Below, one piece after another: positions 39,864-52,616 of a stretch of DNA of 62,000 bases. Made by a program: the position numbers and the translations under genes. The notes beneath the pieces are model-generated. The model saw only the letters and a list, made by a program, of their open reading frames with translations, ran no database searches and was not told the DNA's origin. The first letter of the stretch is position 1; each line of letters opens with the position of its first letter. The stretch covers positions 93,392,001 to 93,454,000 of the forward strand of contig OX597819.1 of assembly GCA_951406725.2 (NCBI GenBank), in the 5' to 3' direction. The DNA comes from Octopus vulgaris. Lineage: Eukaryota.

Positions 39864-39990
39864 GTATGTGTCTATCTATCTATATCTCTCTCTATATATA
39901 TATACACACACATATACATACATACAAGTGTTTGCACACATATATACATACACGCACACATAAGCCCAAATATAAATATACGTCTGTCTG

Positions 39991-40023
<33 letters not shown>

Positions 40024-40816
40024 GTATATGTATGTATGTATATGTATATATTCATACATATTCGTACTTATGTGTATACGTGGATATTTGTATGCATGCA
40101 TTTAATTTTAAATATTTAAGATAGGTCAATACAGCATGCATTTTAAATATGCTTCAAACAAACACAACGTTAGGATGTCATCCCTTTCATAGCTCACGTA
40201 TTTGCAACTGTAAGTGTACTTCCAAATTCAAACACGCATATACTCTGATACCCTTTCATGTACCCGTATGTATGTTTGACCACTTTTAAACAAATTCATA
40301 TGGATCAAGCGATTAAGTATGCATACATATTTGTGTGTGTGTGTGTGTGCGTGGGTGCATGAGTCGGAGGAGAGGCTGAATGGAGAAGGGAAGAAATGGA
40401 AGGAAACGTAAGCGATGTTTAATTCCACTCGAAGTGAACGTTTCCAATCGGAAAATCCGAATTTCGCGTGTTCCTAGAAGTGGCCGTGTGTGTGTGTGTG
40501 TGTGTGTGCTGTACAGACGGTATTAACCTCTGTACATAGGTGATGACCAATTTAGAATCGAAAAAGAAAAGGGCACCTGCTTGAGAAAGAAACGAACCAC
40601 AAACCTTATTGCTCGCTGGGCAACGGTGTTACCTATTCACAAACGAGTACTTACATTATTAAAATGCCTGAGTGGATACAGTTCACGAATATGTTTGAGA
40701 GGCAACAGCTTTTCACTTTTTGCAACATTAAATTTTATACCTCTTTATTTCTCGAATCAGAAATATATAAATATTTATCTATGTGACAACATACACAAGT
40801 TTCTTTAATTAAATAT

Positions 40817-41118
40817 GTTTGTTCCTTCTCGAGCCATGCCTGGCTCATAAGAGCCGGTTTCCCGGTTACCTTGGCGTATAGGTTCCCCACTTGAACGGGT
40901 CGCCGGTCCGTCGCAGGTGAGCTGCAAGATGCAGGAGGAAAGAGTGAGAGAAAATTGTGGCGAAAGAGTCAGCAGAATTTCGCCATTACCTTCTGCCGGA
41001 GCCACGTGGAACTTAGGTTTTTCGCTCATAAACACACACATCGCCCTGTCTCAGATTCGAACCCGCGATCCCTCGACCGCGAGTCCGCTGCTCTAACCAC
41101 AAGGCTACGTACCTCCAC
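40817..41118 (-). mobile_element. Full-length tRNA-derived SINE (family D) with 12-bp TSD
   Basis: Head gtggaggtacgtagccttgtggttagagcagcggactcgcggtcgagggatcgcgggttcgaatc. TSD ttaattaaatat at 40805-40816 and 41119-41130. Confidence 0.9.
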
Positions 41119-41344
41119 TTAATTAAATATACCAGCCACTTAATCTCGAACAATACTTTTTCACAAACCTGCAATATAACACATTAGTGCATTGTTTTTT
41201 TATTAAGTAATGGCAACGATTTTTAATGTAAAACGATCTTTGTTGTTAATTTGTTACGTAACAACGAATGAGTAGATGATATTTTACCATGCAGGACGTT
41301 TTTACAAGTAGCTCGATCCCTTAGTGCTGAGTGGCAGAACTTAC

Positions 41345-41410
41345 CAGTAAAATAAGTGAGAAACATACGGATATTATTACAGAGCAGACAGATATTTAGA
41401 AAGAGCAGAT
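41345..41410 (-). CDS. Candidate 66-nt phase-1/1 exon
   Basis: Minus strand ttctcttatttcgcag|AT CTG CTC...TTT ACT G|gtaagt. Only one frame is open ((D)LLFLNICLLCNNIRMFLTYFT(G)). No homology recognised. Confidence 0.3.
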
Positions 41411-41444
41411 CTGCGAAATAAGAGAATACAAATTTGATGTTTTC

Positions 41445-41860
41445 TAATTTCCTTATTGCCCACAAAGGGCTACACTTAGATGGGACAAACAAGGACAGAC
41501 AAACGGGTTAAGTCAATTATATCGACTCCAGTGCGTAACTGGTACTTATTTAATCGACCCCGAAATGATGAAAGGCAAAGTTGACCTCGGCGGATTTTGA
41601 ACTCAAAACGTAGCGGAAGACGAAATACCTATTTCTTTACTACCCACAAGTGGCTAAACACAGAGCGGACAAACAAGGACAGACATACGGATTAAGTTGA
41701 TTATATCGACCCCAGTGCGTAATTGGTCCTTAGTTTATCAACCCCGAAAGGATGAAAGGCAAAGTTGACCTCAGCGGAATTTGAACTCAGAACGTAACGG
41801 CCGACGAAATACGGCTACGCATTTCGCCCGGCGTGTTAACGTTTCTGCCAGCTCGCCGTC
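41445..41860 (-). mobile_element. Dimeric family A SINE with 27-bp TSD
   Basis: ataagagaatacaaatttgatgttttc at 41418-41444 and 41861-41887. Internal junction at about 41628. Confidence 0.92.
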
Positions 41861-42645
41861 ATAAGAGAATACAAATTTGATGTTTTCATCCTCGCAAGAG
41901 ACAGATCTGTGAACCGAATCTCCTCAATGAGTTTGATCGTTTTGCAACTTAAAATTAGTATTTTATTGATGGGATGAGAAACGCGGCAGTAAGAGAGGAG
42001 GCGGATGATGTCATATTTTTATTGCAATCGTTGAGTGCGATAATTTTCATATTTGTAAATCCAAGCGCACATACGCACATTGATATTCTCAAGCCTTCAT
42101 TTCCACCATTTTAGGTCACTTTGACACATCCAACGAAATATTTCTAGGATTTGCAATTAATTCTTTATAGTTCGCATTTCTGATCGAGATATGGGTATGT
42201 ATAATTATTAGCTACCATGTTTGTTCAATACAACAAAAAAAAACAAAAAAAAATAATGAACAATATACAACATATACACATGCATATATCAGGACATATT
42301 CAGACATATGTACACACACACACACACACACACACATATATGTACAGTTACCTAAATGTATATAGATATATAGATATATATAGATATGTATGTGCAAACG
42401 CACATTCACACACTTTTACGCTTACGCCTACATACATACAGGTTTTATGATTTTGTGCCACGTGAGTGTTATTTTTTTATATATATATAAGTGTAAAACG
42501 CTGTTTGTACAAATCTGGTGTGAGTGGTTTGTTTTGTTTAATTTTATTGTGAGTATGTAGCTCTGTAAAAATCACAATGCAGCGACTGGTTTAACTCGTA
42601 GCTACAAATACAAATATTTACCTCAAACAATATAGATAGACAGAC

Positions 42646-42715
<70 letters not shown>

Positions 42716-43509
42716 GTGTGTGGGGGTGGATGAAGGGCAACAAGATGGAGAAGTTTAAATGTACTTTACGGTTGATACTCAGCATGAAATCCTATCGGTT
42801 GATGCCCGAGGAATCATGGGCGAGTAGGCAATTTTTGTAAGATTTTTATTCACAATAGAACAATTGGCTGTATTTGGAAAGTAACCAGCACGCATTTTGC
42901 AAAAAAATATGCAAGCCATTTCTTGCTATTGTTAGTATTATCTAAATTCCAGCAAGAATTTTCGCCTCTTGCTAGAAACCAGCTGCTTCTTCATATAAAG
43001 AATCCAAATATTGTTAAAATAAACATAGTCTTTACAAAAAGCAAAAGACAACGGACATTAAATTTGAGTTCAGCTGTAATATTTTTCGCCTGAATTCAGA
43101 GCTGGATTTAGCAGACTGATATCTATGGCCTCAGACTTTAGAAGGCCTCGGGCCAAGATATGTACTTATACGATTATTTCTGTCTATCAGCCCTTTCACG
43201 CTTATTCGTTCATTCCACTCTTCGTTCTTTTGCTCCCCCTCTCTCACATTTCTTTGCCTTCTCTTCTTGCCTACTTTCCCTCCACTTTTCACTTCACTAT
43301 GTCCCTGTCATTTTTTCTCGCCCCTCCTTAATTCTTCTGTCCCTCTGCTTCTACTTCTCTCTCTTTTCTTCCCACGTGACCGGCGTTCGGCCAAGCCTGT
43401 TCTTTCTTTCTTGGTCTGGTCGTTGTCCGTGCAACATCGATATTCTTCCCAATGTTTGTGAAAGTTTTGTATCTCTGCCGTAAGGCTTCATTTCCATACA
43501 CGCCAGCTT

Positions 43510-43870
43510 AATTCAATTCGTCCTTAGTCGAAAGACACCTGTTGTTATGTTCTGTTATTATTTTTATTGCATTTGTATTTGTGTAACATTGTCCGTTTAT
43601 TCCGTCTTTGTCTTTGTATACACTCGCTGCTTTCTTCCAAGGAATCTAATGCTCTTAGCTTAGTTTTTCCTTGGGGCTGGCCAGATTAGAGCATCTCAAG
43701 TATAATCAGCCGAAATTGCGAGGATAATTTGGTGCTTGACTGAGGAAAGAAAACTTCGAATGACTCGTCCTTGTTTACTTTGTATCGTCTATCTGGATGT
43801 TTTGTAGTCCCATTTATATATCACCTAGCTGCCTGGATGTTTTGCGTTCTTGTCCCATTTTGTATTTTAG
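43510..43870 (+). mobile_element. Dispersed repeat, probably a Penelope-like tail; further copies at 45578-45735 and 55504-55697
   Basis: Shared block cagccgaaattg...ttgactgaggaaagaaaacttcgaatgac...ggatgttttgcgttcttgtcccattttgtatttt. Class assignment is inferred. Confidence 0.65.
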
Positions 43871-43879
43871 AGTAAAAGA

Positions 43880-43918
<39 letters not shown>

Positions 43919-43942
43919 TATGTATGTATGTCTGTATGTGTG

Positions 43943-43995
<53 letters not shown>

Positions 43996-44284
43996 GTGTG
44001 TGTGTGTATATATATATATGTGTGTGTATATATATATATATATGTGTGTGTGTGTATATATATATATGTGTGTGTATATATATATATGTGTGTATATATA
44101 TATGTGTATATATATATATATATATGTGTGTGTATATATATATATATATGTGTGTGTATATATATATATATATGTGTGTGTATATATATATATATGTGTG
44201 TGTATATATATATATATATGTGTGTGTATATATATATATATATGTGTGTGTATATATATATGTGTGTGTATATATATATATATA

Positions 44285-44326
<42 letters not shown>

Positions 44327-44351
44327 CATGTGTGTGTGTGTGTGTGTGTGT
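43871..44351. repeat. Compound (TA)n(TG)m microsatellite with ~20-bp higher-order period
   Basis: Repeating tatatatatatatgtgtgtg units. Confidence 0.95.
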
Positions 44352-45053
44352 TGATACCGGTGTGAATGGTTTTGTTAAGTGGTGTCGAGTTTTACAATTC
44401 TGTAAATAATAATAATGGTATTTTATAAGCTTAAAGCTTATAGCAATCACCGCGCAAATGACTAAAGAAAATAGTCTAATAATGGGGCATATAAGCCTTC
44501 GACAGAAAAATGTAGGCTTTCCCGTACGGAAGCCTATAAACAGTAACACAGATGGGTTATTGTTTATTCTTCATCTAACTCGAAACCTTTAATGCGTTTG
44601 GATCTGGAGCCTATATACACGACGGTGGATTATGTGCAGTAGCGTACCGATGTGTGGTTTTCAATACACGTCGTGTTATCAATCAGTATTTGTGAATGTG
44701 TGCGTAATTAGAATGACAAATCTGTATTTACATTAGTAAGTAAATATATGTCAGTACACGTTGTTAGTGCACAGGTGCGCTATCCCCGACTGTACCTTGT
44801 TGTTTTTACTATTTAAATGCCTGATTCTATTGGATCTTGAAAACTTATGATACCTATGTATGTGTGTATGTATGTATGTATGTATGTATGTATGCATGTA
44901 TACATATATATATATATATATATATGTAATGTGTGTGTGTATGTTTGTATATGTATATATGTAATGTGTGTGTGTGTATGTTTGTATATGTATATATGTA
45001 ATGTGTGTGTGTATGTTTGTATATGTATATATGTATGTGTGTGTATATGTATG

Positions 45054-45086
<33 letters not shown>

Positions 45087-45101
45087 CCATGTATATATAT
45101 G

Positions 45102-45132
<31 letters not shown>

Positions 45133-46393
45133 ATATATGTGTATATATATATAACAATTAAGTAACACGGATGTGATGTCAAGGTATTAGTGCATTACGG
45201 CCGTTTCAAGCGGCTCCATTTAATCGAACAATACAAGCATTATATCAATTTGAAATGCACCGCCATCTTCGGATGCATAAGGCCATATAGGTTTTCGACA
45301 TACTGGATACTCCATTATAATTTTTAGTAAACATTTCATCAGAACTAGAGAATGAAAGAATTACATGTTGCTATTATTATGGCAGAATCAACTTTGGGAG
45401 AAAAATACCCCAACTATAATTTGGAGTGGCGGAAGAGAATAACAATGGGGGTCATTAAATGGTAATATAGCTACAATTTTCATCTGTCTCCTTATCACCA
45501 TCCAAAGATCTAATGCAGCCAGTATTCTCCGTCTACTAAGTATATATATATGAGAGAGAACAAAGTGTACGTGCGCCGCTAGCCGAAATTGTGAGGATGA
45601 TCCGGTTCTTGACTGAAGATAGAGGGCTTCGAATGACCCGTCCTTTTTGTATCGTCTATCTGGATGTTTTGTTGTTCTTTTTTGTATCACCTAGTTGTCC
45701 AGATGTTTTGCGTTCTTGTCCCATTTTGTATTTTATTTTATGTGTGTGTGTATATATATATATATACGACTGGTTTAAATTGGGAGAGTTCAGTCAAGCG
45801 TGACTCAGCTAAACACCAGTAATACTAAGGAAACAATATAGCTCCGTTTAGTGGTTGCCCAACTTCACTATGTTTACTTTGGGACTGAGACATCAAAATT
45901 GTTGCCATCGATTACTATTTGCAAGTTCCTTTTGTGTATAAAGCAGTTTCACATTTTTATTGTCCCCGAGACAACTGAAATGTTATTGGTTCTGCTGAGA
46001 TTTTGCACAGGAGATTTTTCGAAACTTCAAAGTTTCTATACTTTATTCCATATAATTTTTGAATACTCACATTTTACCTGTAAGAAAATATCAAAAAGTT
46101 CAGATTCTTTTAACACCAGGTGATTGAAGAACCCAGTGCATGCCCATTTGAGATAAGGTGGTGTGGTTTTATTGCCGTTGTTGTTCAACAGATCTGTCAT
46201 CAGAACCATTCTAGATTGCGACTATTCCGTTTTTACGTATATTGTGGTCTTCGGGGTATATGTACATATTAGTTCCAGGATTCGCTAAAATCTAAGTGCA
46301 TCAACAGGTACGATACCATAACACTGAATTCACAATGAGGTAAAACACAACAGATGTAGTAAATTTTAAACCCCATTTGTGTTCTTCTTCATG

Positions 46394-46430
<37 letters not shown>

Positions 46431-46470
46431 GATCTCAGATCAAATTACTTCCTATGCGAGTACATCTCCG

Positions 46471-46506
<36 letters not shown>

Positions 46507-46653
46507 GCATGCGCGCACATACATGCATACACACACATAAATTATCATGTAAGCATAGTAGATGTACATCATGGACACTCTGCGTCCTTTAATCAAGACT
46601 ATAGAGAGGACATTTTACACCAATTTCTAGTAAGTGTGGAGGCTCTATTGTTG

Positions 46654-46771
46654 GTTATACAGAGTTATACAACGGGTTATACAACGGGTTATACAAAGGG
46701 TTATACAAAGGGTTATACAAAGGGTTATACAAAGGGTTATACAAAGAGTTGTACAAAGAGTTATACAAAGG
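46654..46771. repeat. 12-bp minisatellite, 9 full units plus a partial
   Basis: gttatacaa(a/c)g(g/a) repeated; reads VIQR in one frame. Confidence 0.95.
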
Positions 46772-47523
46772 TTACTGTTAGTTTCTAAGTTAAAATTCCA
46801 TACAAGTCCTTCCTTCAAAGATATTTCAGATGTAAACTAATACCTATATAATTCTGAGGGTTGTATCTATAAAAGTTCTAACGTTTTAAAGAGGTTGAGT
46901 TGATCAATAAGCACGCGTGTTCCCGTGAATGTTTTCTGGGTGCTTTTAATTCATTTGTGATTTTAGTATAGGAAAGAAACCCAAATTTTCTACCGGTTGA
47001 GAATAGATATGTTCCATAAAATTAACAATACTCCCTGTGATCTCGTATTTTATGCGTTCATAAATCAATTACATCAGACGCCTACAGTTGCTAAGAGTTG
47101 AGCAATACGGGGAGGAGATGATCTATTCAAGTACCAGATCCTACAAATGAAATCCCATACTGAGCTTATGACTACATCGAACTGCATGACATTGTTAATA
47201 ACAATAAGACATAAACATTTGCGTATTAGTATGTTCATACATTTAGTAAAGGATGCGTAGTTCACATCGAAACGCATCGCCTGCTAAGCGAATAAACCTA
47301 CCACAATTATATAACGGGAACATTATATTTAGCAAAAGATGAAAGGCTACTTGTTAAATCAAAGAATGGATATATTTCTCCTTGTTGACTAAATACTTCT
47401 AAAACTGTAGATGTTGTTGTATCTTACATAACAAAGTAAATTAGCACTACACAGAATTTAATTTCTGTGCATTATAAACGAATCTTTTTCAAGTACAAAG
47501 CTGCTTTTGAAAAGGGGAGAGTA

Positions 47524-47880
47524 ATGAAACCAATCACCTCGATAGCTACATGTGACTACATTGAACGTATAAAATATTTATTTCCTTTCTTATACCGCCA
47601 TCACCAACGGCAACACCCTCACCACGTACAAATATATAATAATGATTTCTTAATTAGAAATTATGCCCTCGAGGTCATAATGGAAGCGATATGGAAAATT
47701 GAAACATTCATAGCTAATCTAAGAAGGTTACTGGAATAATTGAAGTGGCTCGAATTGGGAATTAAAGAAGAAGAGGAAGGAGAGGAAGGAGAGGAAGAAA
47801 ACTACAAATTTTTAGATTCGATTCGTCGAGAACTTACTGTTGCACTGCGGGATATAAAGTTAGATTGTTGTAGAGTATAA
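47524..47880 (+). pseudogene. Intronless 118-codon ORF remnant with one internal stop, unknown origin
   Basis: MKPITSIATCDYIERIKYLFPFL...ANLRRLLE*LKWLELGIKEEEEGEEGEEENYKFLDSIRRELTVALRDIKLDCCRV*. The frame stays open for 46 codons past the stop. Confidence 0.4.
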
Positions 47881-48569
47881 TCAATTCACATCCGTCAGTA
47901 CCATGGCGACCCCACTAAATCCAACAGACCGTAGGGCCATAAACGACGAGTTTATTTTCAAGTGATGGTGTATCTAAGACAAATCAGATTGATAGAGAGA
48001 CACTAGTTATCAGTAAGAAGAGTTGAATTTAAGACAGGCGGTGATAGCAGTCTTCAAGACAAGTTGGCAGGTCACAGTCACTGAAAAGATTGCAAATGGC
48101 GACGAAAGAACTTTGACGAACGAAAATATATGAACGAATGAATTAATTAATTAATAAACCATTGACTGTCTAACAATCGAGTAGTTAGTCGAATAGATAT
48201 TTAACCAATTGACTGGTAATAAAGAAGTGAAGTTGAACCAGCGCGTGTGTTAATATTGGCGTAATGACTCTCCCAAAACCAAACAAAATTTGTTTTAACA
48301 TACGAATTCACATAAGGAATCTTACAAATCAAATACAAAAACGAAGTTGAATTTAAATTATACAAAATAGCAAACTCTCAAGATTTTGATGAAACTAACA
48401 AAACACTCGTGAATTTTATAGTGCTGCTGCTGCCTGCAGCATTGTCTACATTTTATTGATTTCTGCACTATTGTTGTTGACGATACTGCGATCAGATGGG
48501 CCTATGATTAAAAATGCTCTTTACATGATATGAGCGTGGATGGCCTAGTCGGGTCCCTTGGTAACATCT

Positions 48570-48915
48570 TTTAACTTGCTTGTTGTAGTCATTGGACTGC
48601 GACCATGCTGGGGCACCTTTTTGATGGACTTTGTGGAACAAATCGATATCAATACTTATTTTTATATCAGGTATTTATTCTACCGGTTTCTCTTTCTTGT
48701 CGAACAGCTATGGTCTGTAGACGCAAACAAACCAACACCAGTTGTCGAGCGGTTAGAAGGGACCAACACATGCACACATACATAAACACATACATGCACA
48801 TATATACGAGGGCTTCTGCACAGTTTGCATCTACCAAATTCACTCACAAGGCACTGGTCAGCCCAGGGCAATAGTAAAAGGCAGTTGCGCAAGGTGATGT
48901 GTAGTGGGGCTGAAC
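48570..48915 (-). mobile_element. Diverged family B SINE; a second fragment at about 49055-49200
   Basis: cattggactgcgaccatgctggggcacc...ctaccaaattcactcacaaggcactggtcagccc. Confidence 0.7.
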
Positions 48916-49631
48916 ATATCAGTAATATTCAATAGAAGCGGTATTAAATTAAAATAGTCATCTACGTATCATGCATAATGTAAATACATTGTTGAAAGGC
49001 AAATTTACTGTGGTGTTCGTCCAGAGACAATATCCCTTATGGATGTGCTGTGTTAAAAAAACACTATATGTATTAGATGGAGACGAAAATGCATCGGTCG
49101 ACCAGGGTCTACTGTAGAAGATATTCGCCCGAGGTGCCACGCAGTAGGACTGTACCTGAAACCACATAGCTACAAAGCGAATATCTCACCACACAACCAA
49201 CCAGTAATATGCTCAGATCACAGCAGTAGAATCAATTAAAAATTGTGTATTAAATAAGTGTTTATTAAACCATTGACTTTTAGTTGTTGTTGTTTAGTTA
49301 ATAGTCATTCTGAGCAAGGTGATATAAGATCGAGGATATTCCAACCATAGCCACCCTTCATTAAAAGGAATAAAAATAATGGCATATACCCAATATACCA
49401 TTCCTTTTATTTATACGAGACGGCAAGCTGTGATTTGAAAGGTATTTGGCTGTAACTTGAGTCATTACGTTGAAGTTCCCTCGTTTTATTGTCTGCATAT
49501 TCATTGAAAACATTTGTAAACCAATCGGAAATTAAAGAAACCAAAATAATAAGGGAGATTCGAAACCCTGTTTAATAATACCCAAGTGCAAGAACTGGTC
49601 ATGACCACATCTTGATATGTTTCATTTATAA

Positions 49632-50214
49632 CCTAACTTTCATTGGAGAAATGTCTATAAACTTTCCCTCCGTGTTTTACACGATTTTATTGCTTTGAAT
49701 CTCTACCAGGAGATAGTAATATATCTTAGATTTGGCCCTTATCGCGAGAGAAACTGGCAACTTTATTACAAGCCTTCGCCAAGGGAACCACAGAACTTAA
49801 ACAAATTTATCGAGAGAATTAAGAAGTCGTTATTCAAAACCATTACCAAGAAGTCGACTAAGTATTTTTTATAATCTCCTCTTATAGATCCCGTAAAGTT
49901 ACACTTTATTGGAAAGAACAATTTTAATTCGTACCTTTTGTTAGGAGAGGCAAAGGCTGATGGTGGGTACTATCGATAATTTCAAGAGTAAGTTTGCCGA
50001 CTTACTGTATGTATTCGTGCATACTGCGCAAAATTTAATACCCAAGATAAAATTAAAAGAAAAAAAGACGCCAAAGTTAAAATTGGAGGATAGCATTATA
50101 CTCGAGTATAAAACAGAAGATAAGTGGATTAAACTATATATTACAAACAGAGCTGGCACAAGAACTAGTGGGAATCACATTATATTCGAGATTACATTGC
50201 GCCAGAATAAATAA
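49632..50214 (+). pseudogene. ~190-codon ORF remnant (one stop, one frameshift), unknown origin
   Basis: 80 open codons, TAA at 49872-49874, 34 more codons in the same frame, then a +1 frame that is open to 50214 (SKFADLLYVFVHTAQNLIPKIKLKEKK...). Confidence 0.4.
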
Positions 50215-50710
50215 GGTAAATATTTAACTGAAATAAATGATCTTGGTTGATTTAGGTGCAGGCATAGATAAATGGTAAGAAGTTAGCTTCCCAACCACAT
50301 GGTTCTGGGTTCAGTCCCACTACGTAGCACCTAAGACTAGTGCCTTCTGCTATAATCTCGAAGCTACCTACACACACATGCACACAAATACTTCTGAGTT
50401 CAATTATCACTGAGATCGATAAAATAAGTACCAGTTGAGCAACTGGGGTCGATGTAATCGACTTACTTACTTCCCTGAATTTACTGGACTTATGCTAAAT
50501 TTTGAACCGAATATACAAATGTAATATACACATTGTGTGTGTGTGTGTTTTATAATATATTATCAATATCAGGAAATCAATATTAGAAAATTATAATATT
50601 TATATATGTAAATATGTATAAGTATAAATATATAATGTATATGACAGTTTAAAAGTTTTGAATTAAGTTTTTAAAGCATCTTACGATTGTTTCGCAGAAG
50701 TGCTGTCCCT

Positions 50711-51218
50711 ATAATGGAATCCTATATTGATAAGCATTTATAGACAACTCTTCTGCTCTTCAGAGATATAATTTGAATTTTGTATAATATATCGAATGGT
50801 AGTTGTTGTTTTTTTTAAATATGAAGTTATACTATAAAATGGTATTTGTTTGAAATATAAATTAAAAATTGCTGCTTTTGATTTTGGTAAGTACACTTTA
50901 GTATGAGAGTCTTTAAATCCATATATACTTCCTTGGTTAGTCTTCTGTAATAATCCATAATAGTTATGCGTAAAATCCATTATATTGTCTTGTATTCCAA
51001 ATATAGTTCATAGACTTAGATAATATAGAATAATGGAATCCTACATTGATAAGCATTTATAGATAACTCTTCTGCTCTTCAGTAATATCAAATGTGAAAT
51101 TTGTATAATTTAATGAATGGTAGTTTTTGTTTTTTTTAATTATGAAGTAATATGGGAAAATGAGGTTTGATTTAAATTTTAAATTACTGCTTTTGATTTT
51201 GGTAAGTAAACTAGTATG
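50711..51218. repeat. Diverged ~190-bp direct repeat, period 319 bp
   Basis: ataatggaatccta...ctcttctgctcttcag...tgcttttgattttggtaagta at 50711-50905 and 51030-51218. Confidence 0.9.
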
Positions 51219-51236
51219 TATGTATATACATACATA

Positions 51237-52090
51237 CTAGCAGAGATACCCGGCGTTACTTGGATTAAAATGGCATAGTTTGTATATAATATATTACAGT
51301 TATGTTGAAATAGGTGATATAGGAAAGTGCAGCATTGACAGCAAAACATTTGTGGAGTAAATGATGGGCTAATTCGACTAAGCAACATGCTATGCCTTTG
51401 TCTGGAGTACCTCAGACAGGCCCTAACCTGTCATGGAAAATGGGTGTGGGCTGTTATGTGATTTTTGAACGCACCGAAAAGCTGTCAGTGGATATATTCT
51501 CTTTTGCAGCAGTCGGCGCTGTGTCTAACACGACTCATCATCTGAAATTTTAACACCTCCTTGGAGGAACTGTGGTTGTTTCTTTTTCAGTAATAAGGAA
51601 CCAATGAGGTGATAGACTTGCCCTTGAACTTTGACGTCGGCACAAATTCATGTTTACCTATCTTCTCATATGAACCAAACGATGTCATTTCATATGTAGA
51701 GTTGTATTGTCTGATAGAGTTCAGAAAATCCTTTGACTGGATGGAAGTGCCTTCTAGAAGATCCATAAGAGGTTGAGAAGGAGCCGGTAGTGCTGGCAAT
51801 GTTACCTGACCGCCTGAGCAACACATACCATTTGTTTCATTTGAAAATTTTAAAGCTCTACAGAAAAGACAATTTGTGTTTAGCACACCAATTTGTACGG
51901 AGTTAATATTTTTATAAGAATGGGAAGGATCATATCTGAAAACAGCTTCAGGAGTTGTGAAGAACGAATTTGTACGTAATCTGTTTCTGAGAGCTATTCT
52001 ATTAGGCCTCTGTCTAATCATTAAAACATTGATTAATGATCCAGCATTAAATGCTGCAACATGCATTTGCTGATGTTTAGAAAATCTCAT
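51237..52090 (-). mobile_element. Internally deleted Helitron: Rep N-terminal pseudogene plus 3' terminus
   Basis: Translation AVFRYDP...IGVLNTNCLFCRALKFSNETNGMCCSGGQVTLPALPAP...FLNSIRQYNSTYEMTSFG, then by frameshift KVQGQVYHLIGSLL and QPQFLQ, matches the conserved Helitron Rep N-terminal region. It ends gtaacgccgggtatctctgCTAG|T at 51237. Confidence 0.9.
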
Positions 52091-52616
52091 CTAGCTTCTC
52101 TCTTCAGGCTCTCGCCTTCGGTTTTATACTTGTTTCTGGAAAGATTACGTCTTTTCTTTGGTGACATTTTTTTTTTTCAATATTGTAAACAAATAATTAT
52201 GAACATAGAAAGAAATTATACATTTATCCCTATTTTTGTAAGTAACTGTATCCATAAAAATTTATTTGAAGAGAAGAGAAATTGAAAGAAGAGAAAGCGA
52301 AAAGGAGAAAGAAAATTAAAGATGTATGTACGTCTATAGGAAATGGACGCGTGTGTGTGTGTATACCTGCGTGCGTGCGCGTATGTGAGAGAGAAAGAGT
52401 GAGTGAGGGTGTGTGTCATGATGACTGATGTCTTTTAAGGTAAACACACATGTAGAAAATGGACGTCGTTGTATAAAATGTTTACGATAGTTGATTTGCG
52501 GAAAAGATTACAATGTTAAATTTTTGAAATGCAACTACGTGAATGGAAATTAAGTTTAATTTGTAGCCGAAATAGTACTAACTCTTTTTATACCCCATAC
52601 CTCAAAATCTGTAACT

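Noticed and set aside
43736-43780. CTGAGGA...GAATGAC hammerhead-like motif in three repeat copies
   Set aside because: GAAA is GAAT in all three copies and no stem I partner exists.
45445-45545. Signal-peptide-like stretch (IATIFICLLITIQRSNAAS) before a GT
   Set aside because: The ATG is out of frame (ATG GGG GTC ATT AAA TGG TAA) and would need a 1-bp homopolymer correction.
50750-50895. Acceptor-like ctcttcag and donor-like g|gtaagta in both copies of the 190-bp repeat
   Set aside because: All three frames contain stops in the first copy, and nothing else supports an exon.
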